Positions 28,786-38,996 of a stretch of DNA of 38,996 nucleotides are shown one piece after another. The notes under the pieces were generated by a model. The model saw only the letters and a list, made by a program, of their open reading frames with translations. It searched no databases and was not told the origin of the DNA. The DNA lies in contig JBDSAQ010000001.1 of assembly GCA_039922095.1 (NCBI GenBank), positions 1-38,996 of the forward strand, in the 5' to 3' direction. Position 1 is the first letter of the stretch. Each line of letters opens with the position of its first letter. The DNA is from Ginsengibacter sp. (GTDB lineage Bacteria > Bacteroidota > Bacteroidia > Chitinophagales > Chitinophagaceae). Both the position numbers and the translations under genes were made by a program.

Positions 28786-30645
28786 TTATCTTCCAAACAT
28801 CTTTTCCAGTTCATCTTTCTTAAACTCAAGATAGGCAGGCTTACCATTCGGGGTGGTGTTTGGCGTTTCACATTCAAAAAGCTCGTCTGCCATTAACCTC
28901 ATTTCTTTTAATGTAAGATGTGTACCTGGCTTTACAGATTGCTGCCACGCCATAGAACGTAAAAGCTTTTCCCTTTTATTAAATTTGAGATCGTTACTAA
29001 AATGTTTGTACTGTTCCAGCATATTTTCAATAACAACTTTTTCATTACCCTGAATAACATCAGCGGGTGTACCTTGAATTACAAAAGTATTATTACCAAA
29101 AGGCTCAACCATGTATCCTAATAATTGCAGATCGGTCAATAGCTCATTCAGTAATACACAATCTCCCGGCACTAATTCGATAGTTGTAGGAAAAAGGCTT
29201 CTTTGTGTGGCTATTGGCTTTCCTTTAAGCGCATTAGCAAACCGTTCATATAAAATTCTTTCATGTGCATTTTGCTGATGAATAGCAATAAATCCATTTT
29301 GATTTTGTGCGATAATGAAAGTGTTATGCAACTGGATGAAATTATCACCGGTTTGTTTTTTATCGTCTGTCTTTATTAAAAGGTTATCATGACTGTACCG
29401 GGTGTTTAGGAGTGAAGCTTCCTGCAGCTCCTCAACAGGTTTATGGGTTAGATTGCCATTTAATGATGGCTGATTCTCCTTCCAATGCTTTAGCTCACTT
29501 TTACCTTCAATAAAATGGGCCTGGTGTTTTTGGGTAAACGTATTGTACAAAGAAGAAGAAAGAACGGCCGCTTTTTTTTCTTCAGTAAAGGGCTTGCTCA
29601 CAGCATCTGTTTGTTGTATGGAAAGATCAAGATCAAAATCCAATGTTGGCGTTATGCTGAATTGGGCAAGTGAATGTTTAACCGCAGATTGAACAAAAGC
29701 ATAAATAATTTTTTCGTCTTCAAACTTAATTTCTTGTTTGGTGGGATGAACATTTATATCAAGCCTTGATGGATCAATATCTATAAATAAAGCGTACATA
29801 GGAAAGCTGTCTTTGGCAATTATCTCACTAAAAGCATTTATTACAGCATGATTTAAGTAAGCGCTTTTTATAAACCTGTTATTTACAAAAAAATACTGAT
29901 CACCACGTGTTTTTTTAGCTGTTTCAGGCTTACCGGTAAATCCAAAAATATTCATGTAATCGGTTTCTTCATGTACGCTTACCAATTTGGCTGAATAACT
30001 ATTTCCCAAAATTTGTACTATGCGCTGTTTTAATGTTCCTTTTTCCAAATGAAAAATTTGTTGTCCGTTGGATGTAAATGAAAAAAAAACTTCAGGGAAA
30101 GCCATCGCAACCCTTATAAATTCATCTACTATATGTCTTAGTTCAGATGGATTACTTTTTAAAAAATTTCGACGGGCAGGAACGTTAAAAAATAAATTCT
30201 TCATTGCAATACTGGTTCCCTGCTGCATCCCAACCGGTTGCTGGGTTTTAACCATACTATTTTCAATTTCTATATAAGTCCCTGTTAAATCTCCGGCTTT
30301 TTTTGTTTTTAATTCCACCTGTGCTACCGCGGCAATACTGGCTAATGCTTCCCCTCTGAAACCCATTGTTTTTATATGGAAAAGATCATCAATATTTTTT
30401 ATTTTAGAAGTGGCATGCCGTTCAAAGCACATCCTGGCATCAGTTTCACTCATTCCCTGCCCATTATCAATCACCTGTATCAGCGCCTTACCTGCGTCAT
30501 TGGCGATAAGCTTTATTTCATCAGCTCCTGCATCTATAGCATTTTCCAATAATTCTTTTACAGCGCTGGCCGGCCGCTGAATAACTTCACCTGCGGCAAT
30601 TTGATTAGCTATGTTCTCAGGTAATAATTGTACAATATCCGGCAC
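28786..30645 (-). CDS. mutL: DNA mismatch repair endonuclease MutL
   Basis: NQIAAGEVIQRP, GFRGEALASI, DINVHPTK, HQQNAHERILYE. GTG start; -7 box TAAATTTG at 30667-30674. Confidence 0.99.
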   Translation of the reverse strand: MPDIVQLLPENIANQIAAGEVIQRPASAVKELLENAIDAGADEIKLIANDAGKALIQVIDNGQGMSETDARMCFERHATSKIKNIDDLFHIKTMGFRGEALASIAAVAQVELKTKKAGDLTGTYIEIENSMVKTQQPVGMQQGTSIAMKNLFFNVPARRNFLKSNPSELRHIVDEFIRVAMAFPEVFFSFTSNGQQIFHLEKGTLKQRIVQILGNSYSAKLVSVHEETDYMNIFGFTGKPETAKKTRGDQYFFVNNRFIKSAYLNHAVINAFSEIIAKDSFPMYALFIDIDPSRLDINVHPTKQEIKFEDEKIIYAFVQSAVKHSLAQFSITPTLDFDLDLSIQQTDAVSKPFTEEKKAAVLSSSLYNTFTQKHQAHFIEGKSELKHWKENQPSLNGNLTHKPVEELQEASLLNTRYSHDNLLIKTDDKKQTGDNFIQLHNTFIIAQNQNGFIAIHQQNAHERILYERFANALKGKPIATQRSLFPTTIELVPGDCVLLNELLTDLQLLGYMVEPFGNNTFVIQGTPADVIQGNEKVVIENMLEQYKHFSNDLKFNKREKLLRSMAWQQSVKPGTHLTLKEMRLMADELFECETPNTTPNGKPAYLEFKKDELEKMFGR

Positions 30646-30739
30646 AGTTATGCGTTTTTAAAATATCAAATTTAGCATTATCTTATTGCATTAAAATGTT
30701 TGATCAGCAATCAGAGTGCTTCTGATTTAATTATTAAAT

Positions 30740-31348
30740 ATGAAAAAAATTGCAGGCATGCTTGGTTTATGCCTCTTATTATTTTCTGCCTGTAAAAAGC
30801 AAGCTCATTCGCCTGTTGAAAGTATTGATACAAATAATTCTGCTTTAATCCCATTTACTCATTACATAATAAGAGAAGGTCAGCAATTTTGTGATCAGAA
30901 TAGTTTTGCTGCTGTTGAATATGCTGAGTTAAAATTTGTGGTAAAATTTGATAGTTCTGCGATTTATACTACTGCAAATCATTCCAATCAGTACGATATT
31001 AATAAACTATACGGTTTCTCTGATAATGATTCTATTCATCAACGTTATAGCGCAAGGATGGGTTGGAGATGGAGCGACAATGCACTTAGAATTTTTGCAT
31101 ATGTATACAATACCGGTGTAAGATCATCTAAAGAATTAGGTACAATAAAAATTGGCACTGAAAATAATTGCTGGGTAAAAGTTACCGGAAAGCATTATAT
31201 TTTTTCGTTGAACAATAAAACAGATACCTTGTTGCGTTCCAGCACAACTTTTAAAGCAAGAGGCTATAAACTTTATCCTTATTTTGGGGGAGATGAAACT
31301 GCACCTCATGATATAAATATTTTAATAAAGGAGCTTAAGGGTGATTAG
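30740..31348 (+). CDS. Hypothetical lipoprotein
   Basis: Lipobox LFSAC; beta-rich domain ending LYPYFGGDE. Confidence 0.8.
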   Translation: MKKIAGMLGLCLLLFSACKKQAHSPVESIDTNNSALIPFTHYIIREGQQFCDQNSFAAVEYAELKFVVKFDSSAIYTTANHSNQYDINKLYGFSDNDSIHQRYSARMGWRWSDNALRIFAYVYNTGVRSSKELGTIKIGTENNCWVKVTGKHYIFSLNNKTDTLLRSSTTFKARGYKLYPYFGGDETAPHDINILIKELKGD

Positions 31349-31449
31349 CCGCAAATTCATTCCAGGCCTTACCAAAGTTTATAATTGGTGAAAAACTTTT
31401 TCTAAAAAAAATTCCCTTCACTGTAACATTGTGAAACTATTTTTATAAA

Positions 31450-33897
31450 ATGAAAAAGAAATCAGCCAAACATAAAGCTCTCAGACAAAGAATACCACAT
31501 ACCCGCAGGCCTGAAGATATGAGCGCTGCCCAATGGCAATTGGCCCTGCGCAAACAAATAGCAGAGGATGAAAAATTCACTATTAAAAAAATCGGTGAGG
31601 GATTAGTGTTTACTGATTACAGTGTGTATAATATTAACTCTAAGAATAACTATAAAGTTGCCCTGCGCAGTGCTGATAACTCATTGAACTTTTGTACCTG
31701 CCCTGATTTTAAAACCAATCAATTGGGTACCTGCAAACATATTGAAGCGGTTTTGCTGCATGCAAGGGCAAAGCCGTTGCTGCGCCGTGCATTGAAGCAA
31801 TCTTATAAACCTCCATACAGTTCTGTTTACCTTGATTACCTCGGCGAAAGAAAAGTGAAGCTTAGAATTGGCACAGAGGAACATGATGCTTATGCAAAGC
31901 TTAGTGCCGGTTATTTTGATAAAGATTTTGTATTGAATCCGGAAGCCTTTATGCGATTTGAAAACTTTCTCCCAAAGGCTCACCAGTTGCACAGCGGCTT
32001 CAGGTGTTATGATGATGCAATGGAATTTATTGTGCAGCACCGTAATCATATACAGCGGAAAGATTTAGTGCAGCAGCAAAAGAATAAACTCGTTAACGGA
32101 ATAAGTAATGCGGAGTTATTTCCGTACCAGCAAACAGGTGTTTCATTCGTTGTAAGTGCCGGACGCTGCATACTGGCAGATGATATGGGCCTTGGCAAAA
32201 CACTTCAGGCTATTGTATCAACTGAAGTAATGCGTGCAGCGTTTAAGATTAATAAGGCCATTATTGTTTGTCCCACTTCATTAAAATATCAATGGAAAAA
32301 TGAAATAGAAAAATTTACGGGTAATAAAAACGTTTGTGTGGTAGAAGGTAACCTGCTGATGCGGATGAAAATTTATGAGAGCAATGAGTATGATTATTTT
32401 ATAGTTAGCTACCAGGTGGCTGCAAATGATTATGATTATCTGAATAATATGCAGGCAGATATGCTGATACTTGATGAAGCGCAGCGTATCAAAAACTGGC
32501 GGGCAAAAACGTCTGCAAAGATCAAGCGCATTAAAACAACTTATGCCATTATGCTCACTGGTACGCCGGTTGAAAATAATATTGAAGAATTGTATTCGCT
32601 GATGCAGATTGTAAACCCTTACCTGCTTGGTTCGCTCCATAATTTTTTATCAAGATACCAGGTTAAAGAAGACTTTACAGATAAAGTAATTGGTTATAAA
32701 GATCTGAATGAGATTGGTGTGTTGCTGAAAGATGTAATGCTGCGACGTACAAAGAAACAAGTATTGAAAGATCTGCCTGCAAGGATGGATAAAAATTTGT
32801 TGGTGCCTATGACAGAGCAACAGTTTCAGATGCACCAGGAGTTTGGTGATATTGTTGCAAAGCTGGTACATAAATGGAGAAAGATGGGATTTTTGAAAGA
32901 AGAAGACAGGCAGCGGTTGTTAAACAACCTGAACCTGATGCGTATGGTTTGCGACACCACTTTTATTATTGACCAGGAAACAAATTATCAAACCAAACTT
33001 GATGAACTAAGTAATATTCTCGATGAAATTATTTCAATGCCCGGCGAAAAAGTTGTCATCTTCAGCCAATGGGAAAGAATGACGAGACTGGTTGCAAAAA
33101 TGCTGACTGAAAAAGAAATCGGCTTTCAAAATCTGCATGGGAGCATACCCAGCAAAGACCGCCAGGCATTGTTTACGCACTTTAATAATGACGCTGATTG
33201 CCGGGTGTTTCTTTCAACAGATGCAGGTGGCGTGGGGCTTAACTTACAAGCCGCCTCTTACATGGTAAATCTCGATATTCCCTGGAACCCTGCCGTGTTA
33301 GAGCAGCGTATAGGCCGCATATACCGGCTGGGCCAAAAGAAAAATGTAAGCATCATCAACCTGGTGGCGCAGGGCACTATTGAAGAACGCATGCTTGACG
33401 TGCTGAAGTTTAAAAGGGGGGTAGCAGCAGGTATTTTAGATGGAGGCGACAGCAATATATTTCTGGGCGAAGACAAGTTTAAGCAGTTTATGAAATCGGT
33501 GGAATCTATTACAGGCGGTTTGCCGGAAGTTACATCGCATGCCGTGACCGGGGCTGAAGAAATAATTACGGAAAAAGAATTATCTGTTGCAGCAATTGGA
33601 GCAATACAAAAAGATTTGTTTGAGGAGGAAGCAATTATTGAAGAAAAATCACCACCTGCTGTTATCCAACAAGCTACTTCAATTGAAGATGAAGTATTGG
33701 AAAAGGGAACAGGCTTTTTACAGAACTTAGTACAGGTGTTAAGCAATCCTGAAAGCACCCAAAAGTTAGTGAGCAAGCTTACAGAAACAGATGCATTAAC
33801 AGGAAAAACTTATTTGAAAATTCCCCTCAGCAATACAAACGTAGTAGAGAATGCGCTGAAGTTATTTAGCAGCCTGTTTAGTGGAATGGCAAAATAA
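31450..33897 (+). CDS. SWIM zinc finger + SNF2-family helicase
   Basis: CTC...CKH SWIM motif, LADDMGLGKT, DEAQ, TGTPVEN, WNPAVLEQRIGR. Confidence 0.93.
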   Translation: MKKKSAKHKALRQRIPHTRRPEDMSAAQWQLALRKQIAEDEKFTIKKIGEGLVFTDYSVYNINSKNNYKVALRSADNSLNFCTCPDFKTNQLGTCKHIEAVLLHARAKPLLRRALKQSYKPPYSSVYLDYLGERKVKLRIGTEEHDAYAKLSAGYFDKDFVLNPEAFMRFENFLPKAHQLHSGFRCYDDAMEFIVQHRNHIQRKDLVQQQKNKLVNGISNAELFPYQQTGVSFVVSAGRCILADDMGLGKTLQAIVSTEVMRAAFKINKAIIVCPTSLKYQWKNEIEKFTGNKNVCVVEGNLLMRMKIYESNEYDYFIVSYQVAANDYDYLNNMQADMLILDEAQRIKNWRAKTSAKIKRIKTTYAIMLTGTPVENNIEELYSLMQIVNPYLLGSLHNFLSRYQVKEDFTDKVIGYKDLNEIGVLLKDVMLRRTKKQVLKDLPARMDKNLLVPMTEQQFQMHQEFGDIVAKLVHKWRKMGFLKEEDRQRLLNNLNLMRMVCDTTFIIDQETNYQTKLDELSNILDEIISMPGEKVVIFSQWERMTRLVAKMLTEKEIGFQNLHGSIPSKDRQALFTHFNNDADCRVFLSTDAGGVGLNLQAASYMVNLDIPWNPAVLEQRIGRIYRLGQKKNVSIINLVAQGTIEERMLDVLKFKRGVAAGILDGGDSNIFLGEDKFKQFMKSVESITGGLPEVTSHAVTGAEEIITEKELSVAAIGAIQKDLFEEEAIIEEKSPPAVIQQATSIEDEVLEKGTGFLQNLVQVLSNPESTQKLVSKLTETDALTGKTYLKIPLSNTNVVENALKLFSSLFSGMAK

Positions 33898-34160
33898 TGA
33901 TGCACGCATTGGTTCTTTCATAATCATCTGCGAATTAATTATAATTAAAGAAACCGGCTATATTGTAGAAAAACCTCTTAATAATAAATCAATTGGTGCG
34001 TTGGCTGTCCTGTCTGCTTACAGTTACAAGATTTATAAATTACATGAACATTTTTAAATGTGCTTAACGATAAATATGGAGTCATTAATAAACTTTATAC
34101 TTCAGGTCGGAAACTTTGTCATTACGGAAGCTAAAAGTGTAGATGAAGCTGGAAACATTG

Positions 34161-35393
34161 TTAGAGGTTGTCAATTTTTTTTTGAATAGTTTGCTTGTCA
34201 GTTTGTGTTTTTGCCAACGATAATGCTTTTTGAAAATTCACTTTTGCTTTTGTGTTGTCAATCTCTGTGTAAAGTTCACCAAGTAAAGTAAAATAGAAAT
34301 GATTGTTTTCTAATCGTAATTTTTTCGCTTCAATTAATGCAACCTTTTTGCCTCTTGCTTTAAATAATGCAAAAGTGCGATTAAGAGCAACACTTGGAGA
34401 ATAATTTATTTGTAATAACCAATTGTAATAGTGTAAAATCTTTTCCCACTTTTCTTTTGTATCATTTTTTTCGCAATGCAAAAAGGCAATACCTGCTTCT
34501 AAATGATATGAATTCAATTCGTTTCCCTCCGCCGATGCATTTAGAAAATATTTGCCTTGCTCCATCAAATCTTTGTCCCATAAATTTTCGTTTTGATTTT
34601 CATACAAAACAAAATCACTGCTGTCTGTTTGTCGTGCGTCAAATCGGGAAGCGTGAAAACACATTAATGCAATCAGTGCATTGGTTTGTGGCTTGTTGGT
34701 TAGTTCGAATTCTGTAAGCATTATTCCTAAACGTAATGCTTCTAAACAAAAATCTTTTCGCAAAACCTTATTTTGAGTTATTGAATAATAACCTTCGTTG
34801 AATAATAAATAAATGATAAGCAATACATTTTTCAATCGATTATTAATTTCCATTTCATTCGGCATCTTCAATTCAACTTTTTCAATTCGCAGTTTTTCTT
34901 TTGCTCGAAATAATCTTTTATGTATGGTTTCTTTATTGGTAAAAAAAGCTTCTGCAATAGCATCAATTCCAAAACCACAAAGGATTCGTAATGCCAAACC
35001 TATTTGTGCCTCGCTTGCTATTGCAGGGCTACAAATCGCAAACATCATTTGCAACTGACTGTCCTTAATATTTTGCTGTGAAAAATCTACTTCCGCTATT
35101 TCTATTGAGTTTTCACTTGTCGCTTCTAATTCAGAGATAATTTTTTCGTCAAAAATTTTATTTCTCCTGAAATGATAAAGTGTTTTTTGTTTCGCAACTT
35201 TATAAAGCCATGCAGTAGGATTTGCAGGAACTCCTTTTACATCCCATGTTTCAATGGCTGACATAAATGTATCACTAACGATGTCTTCTGCTATTTCAAT
35301 ATGCTGTAAGCCAAAAAGTTTACTGATGACAGCAACCATTCTTGTAAATTCCGCTTGAAATAAATTTGATATCGATTCTTTTTCGCTTTGCAT
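34161..35393 (-). CDS. ECF sigma factor with C-terminal TPR-like extension (ECF42-like)
   Basis: AEDIVSD, PTAWLY, LYLLFNEGY-type motif, ~200-aa helical extension; adjacent DGPF protein gene. Confidence 0.9.
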   Translation of the reverse strand: MQSEKESISNLFQAEFTRMVAVISKLFGLQHIEIAEDIVSDTFMSAIETWDVKGVPANPTAWLYKVAKQKTLYHFRRNKIFDEKIISELEATSENSIEIAEVDFSQQNIKDSQLQMMFAICSPAIASEAQIGLALRILCGFGIDAIAEAFFTNKETIHKRLFRAKEKLRIEKVELKMPNEMEINNRLKNVLLIIYLLFNEGYYSITQNKVLRKDFCLEALRLGIMLTEFELTNKPQTNALIALMCFHASRFDARQTDSSDFVLYENQNENLWDKDLMEQGKYFLNASAEGNELNSYHLEAGIAFLHCEKNDTKEKWEKILHYYNWLLQINYSPSVALNRTFALFKARGKKVALIEAKKLRLENNHFYFTLLGELYTEIDNTKAKVNFQKALSLAKTQTDKQTIQKKIDNL

Positions 35394-35457
35394 ATCTCAC
35401 AAATGACAAAACCTATCGCAAAGTTTTTGCGACAGGTTCAAATTTAATTGTTTTGAC

Positions 35458-35796
35458 TTAAGAATTATAAGGACGGATTTCAACACTGCCATTACAATCA
35501 AGTGCAGGACAGCCGTGAGCCAAGGTTGTAGCTTCATCAATATTATCAGCCTTTACGACTATGAAGCCACCTAATACTTCTCTGACTTCAACAAAAGGTC
35601 CGTCAGTAATAACACCTCCAGCTTTGAGGACTTTTCCTTGAGAGGATAGACGGTTGCACATGCCTGCTAATTTTCCTTGTGCTGCAATACCTCCAATCCA
35701 ATCATCCCATCTTTTCATTATGATTTGATATTCGGCTGGTGTAGCCTGACTATTATTTGTGTCCACTTGCCTGAATAATAAGACGAATTCTTTCAT
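35458..35796 (-). CDS. YCII/DGPF domain protein
   Basis: TDGPFVEVREVLGGF...GCP...GSVEIRP. Confidence 0.92.
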   Translation of the reverse strand: MKEFVLLFRQVDTNNSQATPAEYQIIMKRWDDWIGGIAAQGKLAGMCNRLSSQGKVLKAGGVITDGPFVEVREVLGGFIVVKADNIDEATTLAHGCPALDCNGSVEIRPYNS

Positions 35797-35910
35797 TCTT
35801 TTCGATTTTTAATTAATGAAGATAAAAGTGATTTATAATTTAGATAATATTTTTCTCTGATTGTTTTCTGAGCAATTTTGATGTATAACGGTCATATCAA
35901 TAATTCAGTA

Positions 35911-36905
35911 TCAAAACCCATTGAGCACATCCACGGCTATACGTCCAAGAGCCTTGCCACGGTGGAGTTCTTCTATTCCCGTAGCAACATCACGTACTGG
36001 AATGGTGGAGTCAATCGTAATCGTTAGTCCAGATTCGAGCCACTGACCCAATAATTGAAGGTCGGCTTGGCGTGATTTGACGCCTACGAAGCCTACATGG
36101 TAGATGAGAACAGGCTTTTAAGTTTGTCTACGAAAAGAGGCACTGATGGTAAAGTGGTGACATACTTTCCACCTTGGCAGAGCAATCCTTTCCATTGACT
36201 CCAACTATAAGCAGCGGCAGCATCGAAAATCACATCGAAATTGCCGTCAGAAGATTTAAATATATTCTGATGTTGACGGTCAATCACTTTACTTGCCCCC
36301 AGTTTTTTAGCAAGTTCAATCCCTCGTCCAGAACCGACTCCAACTGGTACTGCTCCGAGCTTGAGGATAACTCCGATAGCCGTGGACCCCACACCCCCTG
36401 AAATTCCAGTAACCAATACTCTTCCACCTGAATGTGGAAGTTTTCCAACGTCTCGAATTGCTTGAAGCGACGTGAGAGCAGGTGTTGCAGCAGCGGCAGC
36501 TTGAAAATGAGAAACTCCGGTTGGTTTGAGTGCTATCTCGTTTGTTTTTGCAATAAGTGCTTCTGCAAAAGCACCTCTGTTGTTGGATGGAGCATAGGGT
36601 AGAAATCCAAAAACGGCATCGCCAATCTTCCATTCGGAAGCCTCTCCCAATTCCTCGATTATTCCTGAAAAGTCATAACCCAGAATCATTGGAAAATTTC
36701 GAGCATGGACGAATTTTAATTTTCCGAGTGCGACTTTATATTCTGCCGGATTAATCGCTGATGCATGGACACGAACACGAACTTCACCCTTCTGAGGCTC
36801 GGGTAGTGCCAACTCAATTGGAGCAAAACCATCGAGTGAACCATATTGTTTTAGTCCAATTGCACGCATTTTTTTGGTGTTTTTCAGAAACTGGTCTTTT
36901 TTCAT
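35911..36905 (-). pseudogene. Frameshifted NADP-dependent (MDR/quinone reductase-like) oxidoreductase
   Basis: The ORF stops at 36093. The missing C-terminus (HVGFVGVKSRQADL...GKALGRIAVDVLNGF*) continues in another frame to TGA at 35911. Confidence 0.8.
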
Positions 36906-36991
36906 TTTTTACATTTTCAATGATTCTTTTGAGTATTACGATATTTTTAAATGTCTATTTAAAGACTTTATTTTTTGAACTTAAAACTCTA

Positions 36992-37028
36992 AGAAAAAAA
37001 AAGTGGCAGGTTCATTACCGCACTAATT
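36992..37028 (-). terminator. Probable intrinsic terminator after the VOC gene
   Basis: Minus strand agtgcggt-aatga-acctgccact, an imperfect stem followed by a long T run. Confidence 0.45.
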
Positions 37029-37030
37029 TT

Positions 37031-37402
37031 TCATTTCATTGAGTGAAGTGCGACTTTATTTCCTTCAGTATCAATAAAGTGAGCCATGAAACCGTTTTGA
37101 CCGATTGAAGTTTTTGGCAATACAATTTTACCTCCTGCTTTTTCAACTTTAGAAAGCGGAACACTCAAGTCGTCTCCGCCATTGAGATAAATTAATGAGC
37201 CCTTGTTTGAAGGTTCACAACCTACGCCCTCTGATAATGCACCACCTACTTGTCCTTTTTCCATATCAGCAGGAAAAACTCCATAGTTATTGGTTGGATG
37301 AGGCACTTTATTAATCTTAATGCCTAATACAGTGTCATAAAATTTTTCAGCTCTGTCGAAATTTTTAGCTGGAATTTCAAACCAGTTGATTGCATTTGCC
37401 AT
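37031..37402 (-). CDS. VOC family protein
   Basis: INWFEIPA...FYDTVLG, KVEKAGGKI, FIDTEGNKVALHS. Confidence 0.93.
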   Translation of the reverse strand: MANAINWFEIPAKNFDRAEKFYDTVLGIKINKVPHPTNNYGVFPADMEKGQVGGALSEGVGCEPSNKGSLIYLNGGDDLSVPLSKVEKAGGKIVLPKTSIGQNGFMAHFIDTEGNKVALHSMK

Positions 37403-37643
37403 TTTTTAAGTTTTAATTATTATTGAATGTTTGATTTACTCTTCAATAATGACTGAGGTTGCTGAAATTGGACATGAATTGAAAAATATTTTTTGTCGGA
37501 CTACATTTTTAAAGATAAAGGCTTTGTGTGTGGAAAATTAAGTGACAACGTATCGAGGTAAGTTCATGAAAGTTGCATTGCTCACATTTAACGTGAAGCT
37601 GAATAGAATTTCGTCCGCTGAGTGGTGGACATGGGGCGTTGGC

Positions 37644-37697
37644 ATTTTTAGCTCTTTGCAAGGTTGGCTTTTGTGTGCCTTGCAATGTGCTAAAAAT
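37644..37697 (-). other. Structured hairpin motif, copy 2
   Basis: Minus strand atttttagc-ACA-ttgcaagg-cacacaaaagccaa-ccttgcaa-AGA-gctaaaaat. Confidence 0.7.
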
Positions 37698-37767
37698 AGC
37701 GTAGGGTAGTGTCGGCAAAGTCTTAGGGTGTGTCAACTGTTACACTGTGTCCAAATAGGGTGACGTA

Positions 37768-38918
37768 CAACTGTTGCATTAATGATACTGGTAAATAATC
37801 CAGGCTCATGGTCGCACATTTATTCGCCGCTTGAACATGCTCCATGGCATGGCTGCACGCCAACCGATCTGGTATTTCCGTTCTTTTTATTTGCTGTTGG
37901 TAACGCATTAGCTTTTGTAATGCCAAAATTAGAAGCCGCAGGGCAGGGAGTCTTTTGGAGAAAAATCTTAAAAAGAACTTTTCTTATTTTCTTTATTGGG
38001 CTTATGCTAAATTGGTTTCCATTTATTAAATGGGATCACGACCAGATTGTATTTAAACAATGGCAATTTATTGATGCGAACGGAAACCTTGCAGGAGTTC
38101 GTATTTTAGGAGTGTTGCAAAGAATTGCACTTGCTTACTTTTTTGCATCCGTCATCATTTATTTTTTTAAGATAAGAGGAGCCTTTGTTGCCGCATGTTT
38201 TATTTTGCTTGCCTACTGGTTTTTATGTGTGGCGGCAAATCCTGCTGATCCCTTTAGTTTACAAGGCTGGTTTGGAACTAATGTTGACAAGATCATTTTA
38301 CACGAACCTCATATGTATCATGGCGAAATTGTAAACGGCAGGCCTGTAGCTTTTGATCCCGAAGGATTCATGAGTTTGTTTGCAGCAATTGTGCAGGTGA
38401 TATTTGGGTACTTTGCCGGTGATTATATTTTAAAGAAGGGTAAAACACATGAAATGGTAAATGGATTATTTGTTGCGGGGTGTGTGTTGGTATTTGCGGG
38501 CTTATGCTGGAACATGGTTTATCCTATTAACAAAAAAATATGGACAAGTTCTTACACAATTTATACAACAGGCCTTGCTTTGTTAACTTTATCAGTGTTC
38601 ATATATATAATTGAGTTTAAAGGATGGCGGGGATGGTGGAGCAGGTTTTTTGATGTGTTTGGAAAAAATCCTTTATTCATTTTTATTTTGAGCGGAACAT
38701 TGCCCCGGCTGTTATCACTTATCAGAATTCCGCATGGTACTACTCCCCAGGGTAAGCCAATGTATATTTCTCCCTTTGGCTGGTTTTACGAACATGTTTG
38801 TAAACCAGTTTCATTAAATTTAAATAATGGCTCCCTGTTATATGCAATGAGTATGATAGTTATGTAATGGCTGATTGTATGGTGGATGGATAAAAAAAAG
38901 ATTTATGTGAGGGTGTAA
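37768..38918 (+). pseudogene. HGSNAT/DUF5009-like acyltransferase, 5'-truncated with a premature stop
   Basis: TVALMILVNNPGSW, HGCTPTDLVFPFF, GVLQRIAL, DPEG, PINKKIWTSS. Lacks the usual N-terminal SLDVFRG segment. TAA at 38865 precedes in-frame WLIVWWMDKKKIYVRV*. Confidence 0.8.
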
Positions 38919-38996
38919 TTTTATCGGGTGCTTAAGTAAATGACAGCAGGAATTTAAAACAGGTTATCTGAATTTATTTCCTTTTTACTATTATTC

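Noticed and set aside
31450-33897. SWIM-SNF2 helicase as an anti-phage system or as the cassette recombinase
   Set aside because: Stand-alone gene with no defence partners nearby and no tyrosine or serine recombinase motifs.
37509-37926. Minus-strand ORFs 37509-37736 and 37723-37926
   Set aside because: They overlap the hairpin motif and the antisense strand of the acyltransferase; likely spurious.

Overview
AT-rich Bacteroidota (probably Chitinophagaceae-like) chromosomal window. The core part holds pheS, mutL, an arginase-family gene, a 3-hydroxyacyl-CoA dehydrogenase, a GH2 glycosidase, a BlaI/M56 module and a SWIM-SNF2 helicase. Accessory patches lie at 1-5.3 kb, 18.4-20.2 kb and 34-37.8 kb. 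The main unexplained signal is an integron-like gene-cassette architecture with no integrase in the window. Single small genes are separated by paralogous ~180-205 bp imperfect palindromes bounded by ...CAAC and GTT.... In two cases the GTT end before a gene is the reverse complement of the AAC end after that same gene (1063/1592 and 2761/3386), as expected for cassettes excised as circles. At the right end, a cassette-type GTTGTACG boundary sits exactly where the 5' end of an HGSNAT/DUF5009-like gene is missing, which suggests insertion at a secondary GTT site. A covarying hairpin motif occurs twice (738-806 +, 37644-37697 -), each time near an ACGTACAAC core. Several pseudogenes are visible: a RelE-like toxin, an NADP oxidoreductase, a VOC gene and the HGSNAT-like gene. 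All calls are by eye; no searches were run.
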